Shown here piece by piece: positions 50,310-58,698 of a DNA stretch of 64,000 nt (positions within the stretch are counted from its first letter, which is position 1; each line of letters starts with the position of its first letter). The stretch is from positions 640,001 to 704,000 of the forward strand of contig CBDFJG010000003.1 of assembly GCA_965248445.1 (NCBI GenBank), given 5' to 3'. This DNA is from Planctomycetota bacterium (lineage in GTDB: Bacteria > Planctomycetota > JAJSAM01 > JAJVHW01). Below the pieces are notes generated by a model that saw only the letters and a list, made by a program, of their open reading frames with translations, ran no database searches and was not told the origin of the DNA. A program made the position numbers and the translations under genes.

Positions 50310-51340
50310 GGCGTGTGCTCGCTCTGCTCGCAGTCGTGGCCGTCATCGCAGGCCTCGTGTGGTTCCTCGGTGGCGATGGCGCGGATCCGCCGCCGATCGA
50401 CGACGGCGGCGGGAACGGCGAGATCGGCGTAATCCCGCCGGGACCGCGCGCCGTACCCTTCCGTAACGCGAAGGAGTGCCAGGTCTGCCACGCCGACGTC
50501 TACGCCGAGTGGGAGAAGAGCTACCACGGCATGGCGTGGACCGACCCGATGGTCCAGGCACTCTCGAACGGGTTCCGCGACACCGAGTGCATCGACTGTC
50601 ACGCCCCACAACCGATCCACCTGACCGGCGTCGACCAGCGTGTCGCGCCGCGCCAGCACGCGCGTCAGGACGGCGTCGACTGTCTGACCTGCCACATTCT
50701 GGACGACGGCATCTCCGTCGCCGCGTCGCGCTCCGTCGACACCACGGGCACCGACGGGGCGTGCCGGCCGGTCGAGACGAAGGACATGTCCACGTCCATG
50801 GTCTGCGCGGGGTGCCACAACCAGCACGAGACGGTGGACGAGTTGCGGGCGTCGAGCCTCCTCGCTGAATGCCAGTCGTGTCACATGGAAGAGGTCGATC
50901 GCGCGGACGGACGCGTCGGCAACAGCCATGTGTTCCCAGGCGCTCACGAACCGGCGATGCACAAGCGCGGGCTCACGCTTGCTGTGCGCCTCGAAGGACG
51001 CATGCTCATGGCGGACGTCTCGAACGTGGGTGCCGGACACAAGGTCCCGACGGACGCGCGGCACCGTTCGTACAACGTGTGGGTAACGCTGACCGATCAG
51101 CGCGGCAATGTGCGGCAACGCAGCGTGCAGATGGAGGACGGCGAGTTCCGCCTCTACTACCGCGACGACTTCAAGCCGAGCACGCAGATCGCGCAGGGCG
51201 ACAGCCGCACGGCCAAGTGGCAACTGCCTGAGGGCTTCCGCGGATCCGCCCACGTGCGGCTCACGTACGCACTGAACCCCGAGGAACTCCGCTTCGGGAA
51301 CGTCACGGACGTCCACGAGTCGACGGTGGAGATCGAGTGA
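50306..51340 (+). CDS. Membrane-anchored pentaheme c-type cytochrome
   Basis: Five CxxCH motifs (CQVCH, CIDCH, CLTCH, CAGCH, CQSCH); N-terminal hydrophobic anchor; 'NVGAGHKVPT' C-terminal domain. Confidence 0.85.
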   Translation: MRRVLALLAVVAVIAGLVWFLGGDGADPPPIDDGGGNGEIGVIPPGPRAVPFRNAKECQVCHADVYAEWEKSYHGMAWTDPMVQALSNGFRDTECIDCHAPQPIHLTGVDQRVAPRQHARQDGVDCLTCHILDDGISVAASRSVDTTGTDGACRPVETKDMSTSMVCAGCHNQHETVDELRASSLLAECQSCHMEEVDRADGRVGNSHVFPGAHEPAMHKRGLTLAVRLEGRMLMADVSNVGAGHKVPTDARHRSYNVWVTLTDQRGNVRQRSVQMEDGEFRLYYRDDFKPSTQIAQGDSRTAKWQLPEGFRGSAHVRLTYALNPEELRFGNVTDVHESTVEIE

Positions 51341-53049
51341 GCAGCCGCCGCAGCGCCGTCGTCGTCGCGCTCGGGATCGGTGTCGCTCTGCTCCTGGGCT
51401 GGCTTCTTGGGCGCGTGGTCATCCCGGTCGGGGAGCGGGTGCGCGCGTCGCGCCTGCGTTCGGCGGTCGATCCCTCCGCTCTCCTCGGTGAACCCGGCGA
51501 GGCGACCGCGGAGGACCCGCCGATCGTGCCGCGCACGGAGCCGGACGACCAGACGGCCGAGGATCCCCCGGTAGTCGCGGATGTCACTGCGCCCGACGAG
51601 CCGGTGGATCCCGCCGTCGACCCCGAGGGGATCGCCCGACAAGAGCGTGCGCTGCGCGAGGCGGTCGAGGCCGCGACCGGAGACTCCGAGCGCGTCGCCG
51701 CACAGCGGGCGCTCGCGCGCTTCCTGCAGCAGCACGGACGCTTCGTGTCGGCCGCCGAGCACTGGCGCGCGGCGCGGGTTGCAACCGGCGCGGCCGAGGA
51801 CGCCCAGGGAGAGGCCGAGTCGCTGCTGGCGTTCGCCGAGCGCATCCTCGTGTCGCGCGCCCCGGGAGGCGGAATCCGCGCGGCGTTCGAGGACGCGCGC
51901 ATCGCGCTCGCCCGCGCGAAAGACGCCGGTGCGGACACGGCGTGGACCGCGCGGGGACTGGCGCGTTGCGCAGAGGCGCAGGGCGATCCCGACGCCGCGC
52001 TGCGTCATCTCACGGAGGCCAACGCGAGATGGCCGGATGACGTCGTGACGCAACGCGCGCTAGCATTCACCCTGCTGAACGCCCAGCAGCCCGAGCGTGC
52101 CATCCTGCTGTTCGGGGACCTGGTCGAGGCGACGCCGCAGGACGCGCTCCTCGCGCGGGCGCTCTCGTACTGCGCGCGGCAGAGCGGCAACACCGAGCTG
52201 GCCGCTTCCGCAGCCGAGACAGCGATCCGCGCCGCACCTGCCGACGCCGCCGGATGGAAGTCGCTCTGGCAGGCGTATGCCGGGGACCGGCGATTCGGCG
52301 AACTCGCGGAGAAGCTGGCTGCACTCGCGACCGAGATGCCGGAAATCGGAGCCGGCGCGCACTACGCCGGATTTGCGTACGAGGGCGCCGGCCGCATGGA
52401 GGACGCACTCGTCTGGCTGGCGGAGGCGTGGAAGCGCGACCCTGAGAACATGGCCGCGCGGATCGAGGCGGCGCGCATTCACCGCGACGTGCTGGAGGAC
52501 GCGGAGAAGGCGGCGCCGATCTACCGCGAGATTCTCTCGCGACGACCGGGCCACCTGCCCGCCGTGGCCGGACTCGGCCAGATCGCCGTGGCACTCGGGG
52601 CGCGGCAGGCGCACGCAGACGCCCTTCCGTACTTCGAGGAGGTCGCCGCTGCGCTCCCTGAGGACTCTCTGGCGCAGGCCAACCTCGGCCTGGCGCGGCG
52701 ATGGCTGGGCCAGTATGACCAGGCCGTCGCGGCCTATCGGCGGGCTGTCGACCTCGCGCCGGGAGATGCCCAGATCCGTAACGACATGGGCCTGCTCCTC
52801 CTGGTCATGCGGGACGACGAGGCCGCCGCGGCCGCCTTCGAGGGTGCTCACGAGGCCGACCCCCTCCACAACGACGGGCTCGAGAACCTCGGGTTCATGG
52901 CTCGGGAGCGAGGCGACCGGGCCGAGGCTCGGCGCTGGTTCCAGACAGCCTTGGATGCCGCCCGCCGCCGGGGGGAGGACGCCCTCCACGCCCGTCACCG
53001 CCGGAACGTGGACGACGTCCGCTTTCCGTTACCTCCGCTCTTCGATTGA
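51337..53049 (+). CDS. Membrane-anchored TPR protein
   Basis: N-terminal TM, acidic Pro-rich linker, multiple TPR units. Confidence 0.8.
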   Translation: MSSRRSAVVVALGIGVALLLGWLLGRVVIPVGERVRASRLRSAVDPSALLGEPGEATAEDPPIVPRTEPDDQTAEDPPVVADVTAPDEPVDPAVDPEGIARQERALREAVEAATGDSERVAAQRALARFLQQHGRFVSAAEHWRAARVATGAAEDAQGEAESLLAFAERILVSRAPGGGIRAAFEDARIALARAKDAGADTAWTARGLARCAEAQGDPDAALRHLTEANARWPDDVVTQRALAFTLLNAQQPERAILLFGDLVEATPQDALLARALSYCARQSGNTELAASAAETAIRAAPADAAGWKSLWQAYAGDRRFGELAEKLAALATEMPEIGAGAHYAGFAYEGAGRMEDALVWLAEAWKRDPENMAARIEAARIHRDVLEDAEKAAPIYREILSRRPGHLPAVAGLGQIAVALGARQAHADALPYFEEVAAALPEDSLAQANLGLARRWLGQYDQAVAAYRRAVDLAPGDAQIRNDMGLLLLVMRDDEAAAAAFEGAHEADPLHNDGLENLGFMARERGDRAEARRWFQTALDAARRRGEDALHARHRRNVDDVRFPLPPLFD

Positions 53050-53362
53050 GAGCGTCGCCTCGTTGGCAGGGAGTTCGCTGCAACTCCTGACCTATGGCGG
53101 ACGTACGAACTGATGGCGAGTCGGACGAGTGGAACGTGGTCCCGACGCTCGAACTGAGCTGGGGGCACGAAAGTCACTTGTCAGGACGTCACAAGAGCGG
53201 GTTCGACCGCGAGCGCGTCCGAGGCTGGATCTCGACGCGCGCACCGGCGCGCCTGACCAGATAGGATGTCCCGGCCTCGCCGTTGCCGTCTCCGGACGGC
53301 GCGGGTGGCGCGCCCCCGGCAGATCACCGGGACACCCGTGACCGGATACTGGAGGAACGCAG

Positions 53363-54745
53363 ATGCGTACAAGACTCATCGCACTGACTGTGGCAGGCGC
53401 TCTCGCCGCTGGACTCGCGTCCGGCGCCGGTATGGCCTTCGCCGCCGGCAAGGTCTCCGGTTCCGTCAAGTCAGCCGTCCAGAAGGCGGTGGCTTCTCTC
53501 GTCGGCGGAGACATCGATGCGTCGCAGACGCAGGACCGGGAGGTCCTCTTCAACCAGCTCGATAAGACGCTTGGAAAGAAGGACAAGAAGGGCACCGCGA
53601 TCCGCAGCCCCGAGTTCTGGGTCGAGACGATCACCTCGGAGTACTTCTCCGGCAAGTCGCGCAAATCGGCGGCGCACAAGAAGGTCGTCACCGAGGACAT
53701 GCAGGTCGTCTACGCGGACGCCAGCAGCGGGACCGTACCGGTCGTGTTCCATGGTGCTCTCGCCTACACGTCGAAGAAGCCGCACCCGCTGCTCATGTGC
53801 GTCGTCGCGAGTGATCAGGACGCGAAGGCGTATCTCGAGACGAACTGGCTGGTCCACGAGGCCATCAAGAAGAACTGGATCGTCGCGGCGGTGAACGAGT
53901 CGGACAAGTTCCCGATCGCGAAGCAGCCCTGGCTCGCGGCCCACGCGTTCACGCACCTGCGCGAGCGTTTCAACGTGCACCCGAACCAGTTCTACATGGA
54001 GGCCGAGGGCGCGACGTGCGAGACGATCCAGGACATCGCCGCAAACGCGATGCCCGACCGCATCGCCGGGCTGGTCCTGCGCAAGCCGACGAAGGCCATC
54101 ACGAGCGGCAACTCCAAGCTCTACACGGCCGTGGTCCTGCACGAGGGTGACGCCGACGCGACCGCCAAGGCCTACACGGATCTGAACGCCGATGGGAACA
54201 AGGCCATTGCCGTTGGTGATACGGCCATGGCCGACGTAGCTGCGTGGCTCATGGCGCACCCGGGACGCACACTCCCGACCGAGTACGCGTTCACGACCAC
54301 CACGAACGAGGACGGCATCACGTCCCCGTGGACCGGAACCATGCTGATCGTCAGTCCGCAGAAGCGCGGCGATGACATCACGATGAACGTGAAGTACGAC
54401 CGCGATGCGGGCGTGGTTGACATCACCGCCACGAACCTCGGTGAGTTCACGCTGTACATGAACGACGACCTCATGGATCTCGACAACCCGGTCTCAATCC
54501 AGGTGAACGGCGAGATCGTGGCGACCCGCAAGTTCGAGCGCTCGATCCGCGACATGTTCGAGACCGCCGACACGTTCGGTGAGTACGGCCGCGTGTTCAT
54601 GGCCGACTACCGCGGCTTCGCGCCGGCGCCGACGCCCGAGGAAGAAGCGGGCGACGCCGAGGGTGGTAGTGAGAAGGACAGTGCAGGTGGTGATGAGGCC
54701 GGTGGTGACGGTGCCGGCGGTGATGGGGAGGGCGGCGAGGAGTAA
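53363..54745 (+). CDS. Secreted protein with a degenerate alpha/beta-hydrolase-like fold
   Basis: Signal peptide, GGAGG RBS; 'KPHPLLMCV', 'RERFNVHPNQFYM', 'MPDRIAG', 'DLDNPVSIQVNG'; acidic Gly-rich tail. Confidence 0.6.
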   Translation: MRTRLIALTVAGALAAGLASGAGMAFAAGKVSGSVKSAVQKAVASLVGGDIDASQTQDREVLFNQLDKTLGKKDKKGTAIRSPEFWVETITSEYFSGKSRKSAAHKKVVTEDMQVVYADASSGTVPVVFHGALAYTSKKPHPLLMCVVASDQDAKAYLETNWLVHEAIKKNWIVAAVNESDKFPIAKQPWLAAHAFTHLRERFNVHPNQFYMEAEGATCETIQDIAANAMPDRIAGLVLRKPTKAITSGNSKLYTAVVLHEGDADATAKAYTDLNADGNKAIAVGDTAMADVAAWLMAHPGRTLPTEYAFTTTTNEDGITSPWTGTMLIVSPQKRGDDITMNVKYDRDAGVVDITATNLGEFTLYMNDDLMDLDNPVSIQVNGEIVATRKFERSIRDMFETADTFGEYGRVFMADYRGFAPAPTPEEEAGDAEGGSEKDSAGGDEAGGDGAGGDGEGGEE

Positions 54746-54756
54746 GCCGACCCCGG

Positions 54757-56481
54757 GTGGCGGAACCGCCGACCGACCAGCGGCCAGCAGATGGGGCCGC
54801 GAGCGAGAACCCGGAACCTTCCCTAGCGGGGGGTTCCGGGTTCGTCGCATTCCTGCTCGCGACCGTGTTCTGCTCGGGCTGCGCGATCATGATCGTCGAG
54901 ATGACGGCCGTGCGGCTGCTGCAGCCGTTCTTCGGCTCGACCAACATCGTCTGGACGAACGTGATCGGCGTCGTCATGGCCGCCCTCGCCGTCGGCTACG
55001 CAGTGGGCGGCCGGCTGGCCGACCGCAGACCGTTCGCGAAGGTGCTGTACGGCCTGCTCGCGGCGGGCGGACTCGTCGTGCTGCTGACCGCGCCGCTGAC
55101 CACACCGATCGCCGAGTGGCTGCTGCCGGTCGAAATGCACGTGGAGGGAGTCGCGGGCACCCTCGGCCGCGGATCGCTCGCGGCGTCGATCATCCTGTTC
55201 GCGCCGGCGACGCTGCTGCTCGGCATGATCTCGCCACTCGCCGTGCGGTTGCTCGCGACGGGCGGCGTGGGCCGCGCGGCGGGGCGGGTGTTCGCCATCG
55301 GAACCGTCGGATCGATCGTCGGGACGTATCTCCCGACCTACGTCCTGATCCCCGAGTTCGGATCACGCCGCACGATGCTGATCGCGGCCGTGCTGCTGCT
55401 GATCCCTGCGGTCATCGGGCTGGCGCTCACGTGGCGGCGGCGGGGAACGGCGGCAGCGTTGGTCGTACTTGTGGTCGCCCTGCCGGTCGGTGCGCTGACC
55501 TCAGCGGCTCCAGGACGATCACTCCCACCGCTCCCCGGTGACCGCGACGGAGTCGCGCACCTCCTCGCCGAGGGCGAGTCGCCCTACCAGTACGTAACCG
55601 TGCGCGAGGACCGTTTCGAGAACGGGGAGGCGTGGCGCCTCATGACGCTGAACGAGGGCGTCTACACGTACCACTCGTTCGAAGTCCTGGGGCAGGTCTT
55701 GACCGGCTCCCGGTACTACGACGACTACGCCGTCTTGCCGATGCTGCTCGACGTCCCCCGCGGAGCCGAACTGCGCGCAGCCATCGTTGGACTTGCCGGC
55801 GGGATCTTCCCGCATCAATGGAAGCACTTCTGGGACGGCGTATACGACCTGCACGTCGACGGCGCGGAACTCGATCCGCTCGTGCTGGAGTACGGCCGGA
55901 CGCACTTTCACCTTCCGCCGAGTGACTCGGACTGGCTGTCCGCGTACGTCATGGACGGCCGGCAGATGCTGGCCGCAGGACGCGGCGCGCCCGGGTACCA
56001 CATGATCGTGGTCGATGCGTTCACGCACGAGCTGTACATCCCGTTCCACCTCGGTACGCGGGAGTTCTTCGAACTCTGCAAGGAACGACTCGAGCCGGGT
56101 GGAATCCTGGCCATGAACGTCTACGCGTACCGGCCGGACTCGCCGAACCTGCTCGCGCTGCAGAACACGTGCGCTCACGTGTTCGGCCACGCCGTTCAGG
56201 TGCGTCAGTCGTGGGGCGGCAACTTCGTGCTCATGGCACGCAACGGCGCACCTCCGGATCTGTCACGCCTCGCGGCGATGCGCGTGAATGCGCGCTTCGG
56301 CGACCGCAGTGAAGTCGCTGAGTGGGGCGATCTGATCACCCTCGCCAGCAAGATCCCGGGCAAGAGCGTCATCCTCCCTCACGATCCCGAGGGTTGGTTG
56401 CTGACCGACGACCACGCACCACTCGAGCGCCTGATGGACGAGATGATCGATCGTGCCGAAGCGGAGGCGCGCGGGCCGTGA
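54757..56481 (+). CDS. Fused MFS-like/spermidine synthase-like methyltransferase
   Basis: N-terminal TM bundle (SGCAIMIVEM, GGRLADR); GLAGG, ELDP, DGR, VDAF and LTDDHAP. Confidence 0.85.
   Translation: MAEPPTDQRPADGAASENPEPSLAGGSGFVAFLLATVFCSGCAIMIVEMTAVRLLQPFFGSTNIVWTNVIGVVMAALAVGYAVGGRLADRRPFAKVLYGLLAAGGLVVLLTAPLTTPIAEWLLPVEMHVEGVAGTLGRGSLAASIILFAPATLLLGMISPLAVRLLATGGVGRAAGRVFAIGTVGSIVGTYLPTYVLIPEFGSRRTMLIAAVLLLIPAVIGLALTWRRRGTAAALVVLVVALPVGALTSAAPGRSLPPLPGDRDGVAHLLAEGESPYQYVTVREDRFENGEAWRLMTLNEGVYTYHSFEVLGQVLTGSRYYDDYAVLPMLLDVPRGAELRAAIVGLAGGIFPHQWKHFWDGVYDLHVDGAELDPLVLEYGRTHFHLPPSDSDWLSAYVMDGRQMLAAGRGAPGYHMIVVDAFTHELYIPFHLGTREFFELCKERLEPGGILAMNVYAYRPDSPNLLALQNTCAHVFGHAVQVRQSWGGNFVLMARNGAPPDLSRLAAMRVNARFGDRSEVAEWGDLITLASKIPGKSVILPHDPEGWLLTDDHAPLERLMDEMIDRAEAEARGP
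54807..54843 (+). terminator. Strong hairpin about 60 nt after the 53363-54745 gene, inside the next ORF
   Basis: GAACCCGGAACC...GGTTCCGGGTTC, a 12-bp perfect stem extended by further pairs including G-U; no U-tract. Confidence 0.4.
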
Positions 56482-57389
56482 TCCAGGTACGGATCGCCGC
56501 GGTTCTGCTCTGCCTGCTCTCTGCGGTGGCAGCCGCGCAGGACGGGGAGAGTCCGGCCGCCGCGCTGCGCCGGGCCTACGACGCGGACGGCACACCGGGA
56601 GCAGTGGCGTATCTGCAGCACGTGAAGGACGGCTACGAGGGCGGCGGGGGAGCGGGCCGGATGGTGGATGCAGCGGAGGCCGCGCTCGAGGTCCTGCCGA
56701 CACTGACGGGGAATCGACACGCGACCGAGATGGTCCTGACAGTTCTCCAGCGTGAGTACGGGCAGGCCCGTGCGTGGGGCGCCGCCATGGCGCTGCGTAG
56801 CCGACTGTTGAACAGCCTGGACGTGGAGGGCGGCGTGCCGTTCCTCAACGCCATGAGCGACTCCTACCCCGACCAGTCGCAGTTCTTCCTGATCGATCTC
56901 GGATACCTGCAGGAGCGGTCCGGTCATCCCGTCGAGGCCCGAGCCGCGTTCGAGCGCGTGCTGACGACCGATGCCGAGGCCAGCGTGATCACGGCGCTGT
57001 ACCGCCTGGCGGCGCTGGACGAGTTGGACGGTGACGTGGACTCGGCCTTGCGACGGTATGACGAGATTCACGCGAAGAACGCCAGCCCATGGCCGTTGAT
57101 CTGGCAGACCCGCGTCCTACGCGGCACGGCCCGTCGTTACGACGACGCCGAGGCGTCCCTATCGCGCGCGCGCACCGCGACCGAGGCGCTCGCCGCCGGT
57201 CCGAAGCGCGACGAGTTGCGGCGGCTGCTCGACGACGAAGTAGTGGCCCTGACCGAGAGCCGCAGCACGCAGCACGATCTGCGCGAGATCTCCGGACACA
57301 TCGACCGCGCGCTGCTCGGGGCGCTGGCGGCCTGGCTGCTGCTGCTCGGCGGGGGAGGTCTCCTGCTCCGCCGGAAGGGCGTGCTGTGA
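56478..57389 (+). CDS. Exported TPR protein with C-terminal TM anchor
   Basis: Signal peptide, TPR-like helices, C-terminal ALLGALAAWLLLLGGGGLLLRRK. Confidence 0.65.
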   Translation: MIQVRIAAVLLCLLSAVAAAQDGESPAAALRRAYDADGTPGAVAYLQHVKDGYEGGGGAGRMVDAAEAALEVLPTLTGNRHATEMVLTVLQREYGQARAWGAAMALRSRLLNSLDVEGGVPFLNAMSDSYPDQSQFFLIDLGYLQERSGHPVEARAAFERVLTTDAEASVITALYRLAALDELDGDVDSALRRYDEIHAKNASPWPLIWQTRVLRGTARRYDDAEASLSRARTATEALAAGPKRDELRRLLDDEVVALTESRSTQHDLREISGHIDRALLGALAAWLLLLGGGGLLLRRKGVL

Positions 57390-58168
57390 CGAAAGAAGGC
57401 CTTCGATCCCTCCGATACGGAGCCGTGCCGTATCTGAACGCCGAGCCCCTCCTGGCCGGTCTCGCGGAGGAGACCGGGCCCCTCCTGCGCGCGGTCCCGG
57501 CCCGCCTGGCGGAGATGCTGGCGGCGGGGCAGGTGGACGTGGCCCTGGCGCCAGTCGTGGCGTCGTTCGAGCAGCCCGGGTCCTGCATCGTCCCGGCCGG
57601 CGCGGTCGTGGCACGGGGGCCGGTGAAGAGTGTCCTCCTGTTCGCCAAGAGGGACCCGAGCGAGGTCCGGACGGTGGCCCTCGACACGTCCTCGCGGACC
57701 AGCGCAGCGCTGGTGAGGGTCCTGTTCGAGCACCTGTGGAAGACCCGCCCCACATTCGGCCAGCGAGACCCGGAGCCAGACCTGAGGGGCGTCGGGGAGG
57801 ACGCGGTCCTCCTCATCGGGGACCCGGCGCTCCGGGCCGTCTGGGACGGGCCACCCGCCATCGATCTGGGAGCCGCCTGGCGGGACTGGACGAACCTGCC
57901 GTTCGTCTTCGCCGCCTGGATCGCTCGGGACGCGGGCAGCGCTGAGAGAGCCGCTCCGGCCCTGGTGCGGGCCGCGGCCAGGGGCCAGGCGACCCTCCCA
58001 TCGATCGCCCGCCGCGGGGCCGCCGACGTGGGCCTGCACGAGGACGCCGCGCTGACCTACCTGCGCCGCCATCTCTCCTTCGAATACGGCCCCGAGGAGG
58101 CCGCGGGACTGGCGCGGTTCCGGGAGCTCTGGCAGACCACCCCGGGACTCGGCCTCGCCGAGGGATAG
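57386..58168 (+). CDS. mqnA: Chorismate dehydratase (futalosine menaquinone pathway)
   Basis: VPYLNAEPL, GPVKSVLL, SSRTS, LLIGDPAL and DLGAAW..WT.LPFVFAAW. Confidence 0.92.
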   Translation: MTKEGLRSLRYGAVPYLNAEPLLAGLAEETGPLLRAVPARLAEMLAAGQVDVALAPVVASFEQPGSCIVPAGAVVARGPVKSVLLFAKRDPSEVRTVALDTSSRTSAALVRVLFEHLWKTRPTFGQRDPEPDLRGVGEDAVLLIGDPALRAVWDGPPAIDLGAAWRDWTNLPFVFAAWIARDAGSAERAAPALVRAAARGQATLPSIARRGAADVGLHEDAALTYLRRHLSFEYGPEEAAGLARFRELWQTTPGLGLAEG

Positions 58169-58228
58169 CAGGGGAACGGGCGCCAGAACTCGCCGTGCGT
58201 GTACCCCTCAGACCGTCCCCCGTACTCC

Positions 58229-58256
58229 ATTTTACATAATATGGATTATGCGACAT
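58229..58256 (-). other. dif: XerCD dif-like chromosome dimer resolution site
   Basis: Minus strand ATGTCGCATAA-TCCATA-TTATGTAAAAT; 21/28 identical to E. coli dif with 10/11 in the XerD arm; lies in an AT-rich intergenic island. Confidence 0.8.
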
Positions 58257-58698
58257 TATGTAAGGGGTGCCTGACAGGGTGTGAATGAACTATCTCACTT
58301 TGTTAAAGTGAGTTAGCGACGATGTCGCAGGGTGGTTATGCCCGGCCTTATTGCGACATCTGTTAGTCCTCCCCGGGTCGGATCGACGTCTTCCGCCCCG
58401 TCGCGACGGCTTTGCAGAGAGTCGGTCGGCGGCCCCTCCCCGGGAAGGCGCGCAACCCGTACAGTGGCGGGTCGGGGGAGCGTGACGGAACACCCGGCGG
58501 CGCCATCTTCGCACGCCAACCAGTGGGGCGACATCTGGGCGGCGGTCGCCCGATGCGACCACAGGAGGAAGCGCCCGCGCGGGGTCTTGGAGGCCCTCTC
58601 GTGCGGGGCGTCCGGCTGGCTGGACGCGCCGTGGATCGTGCGCTCGACGCGGAGTTGCGTCGTGCTGCACCGCCCACCGGACTCCCTAGCGGGCGGGC

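Noticed and set aside
58313..58698. Possible small gene or ncRNA between dif and the ARPP-1-like gene
   Set aside because: Open frames lack a convincing start/RBS or homology cues; no recognisable RNA family.
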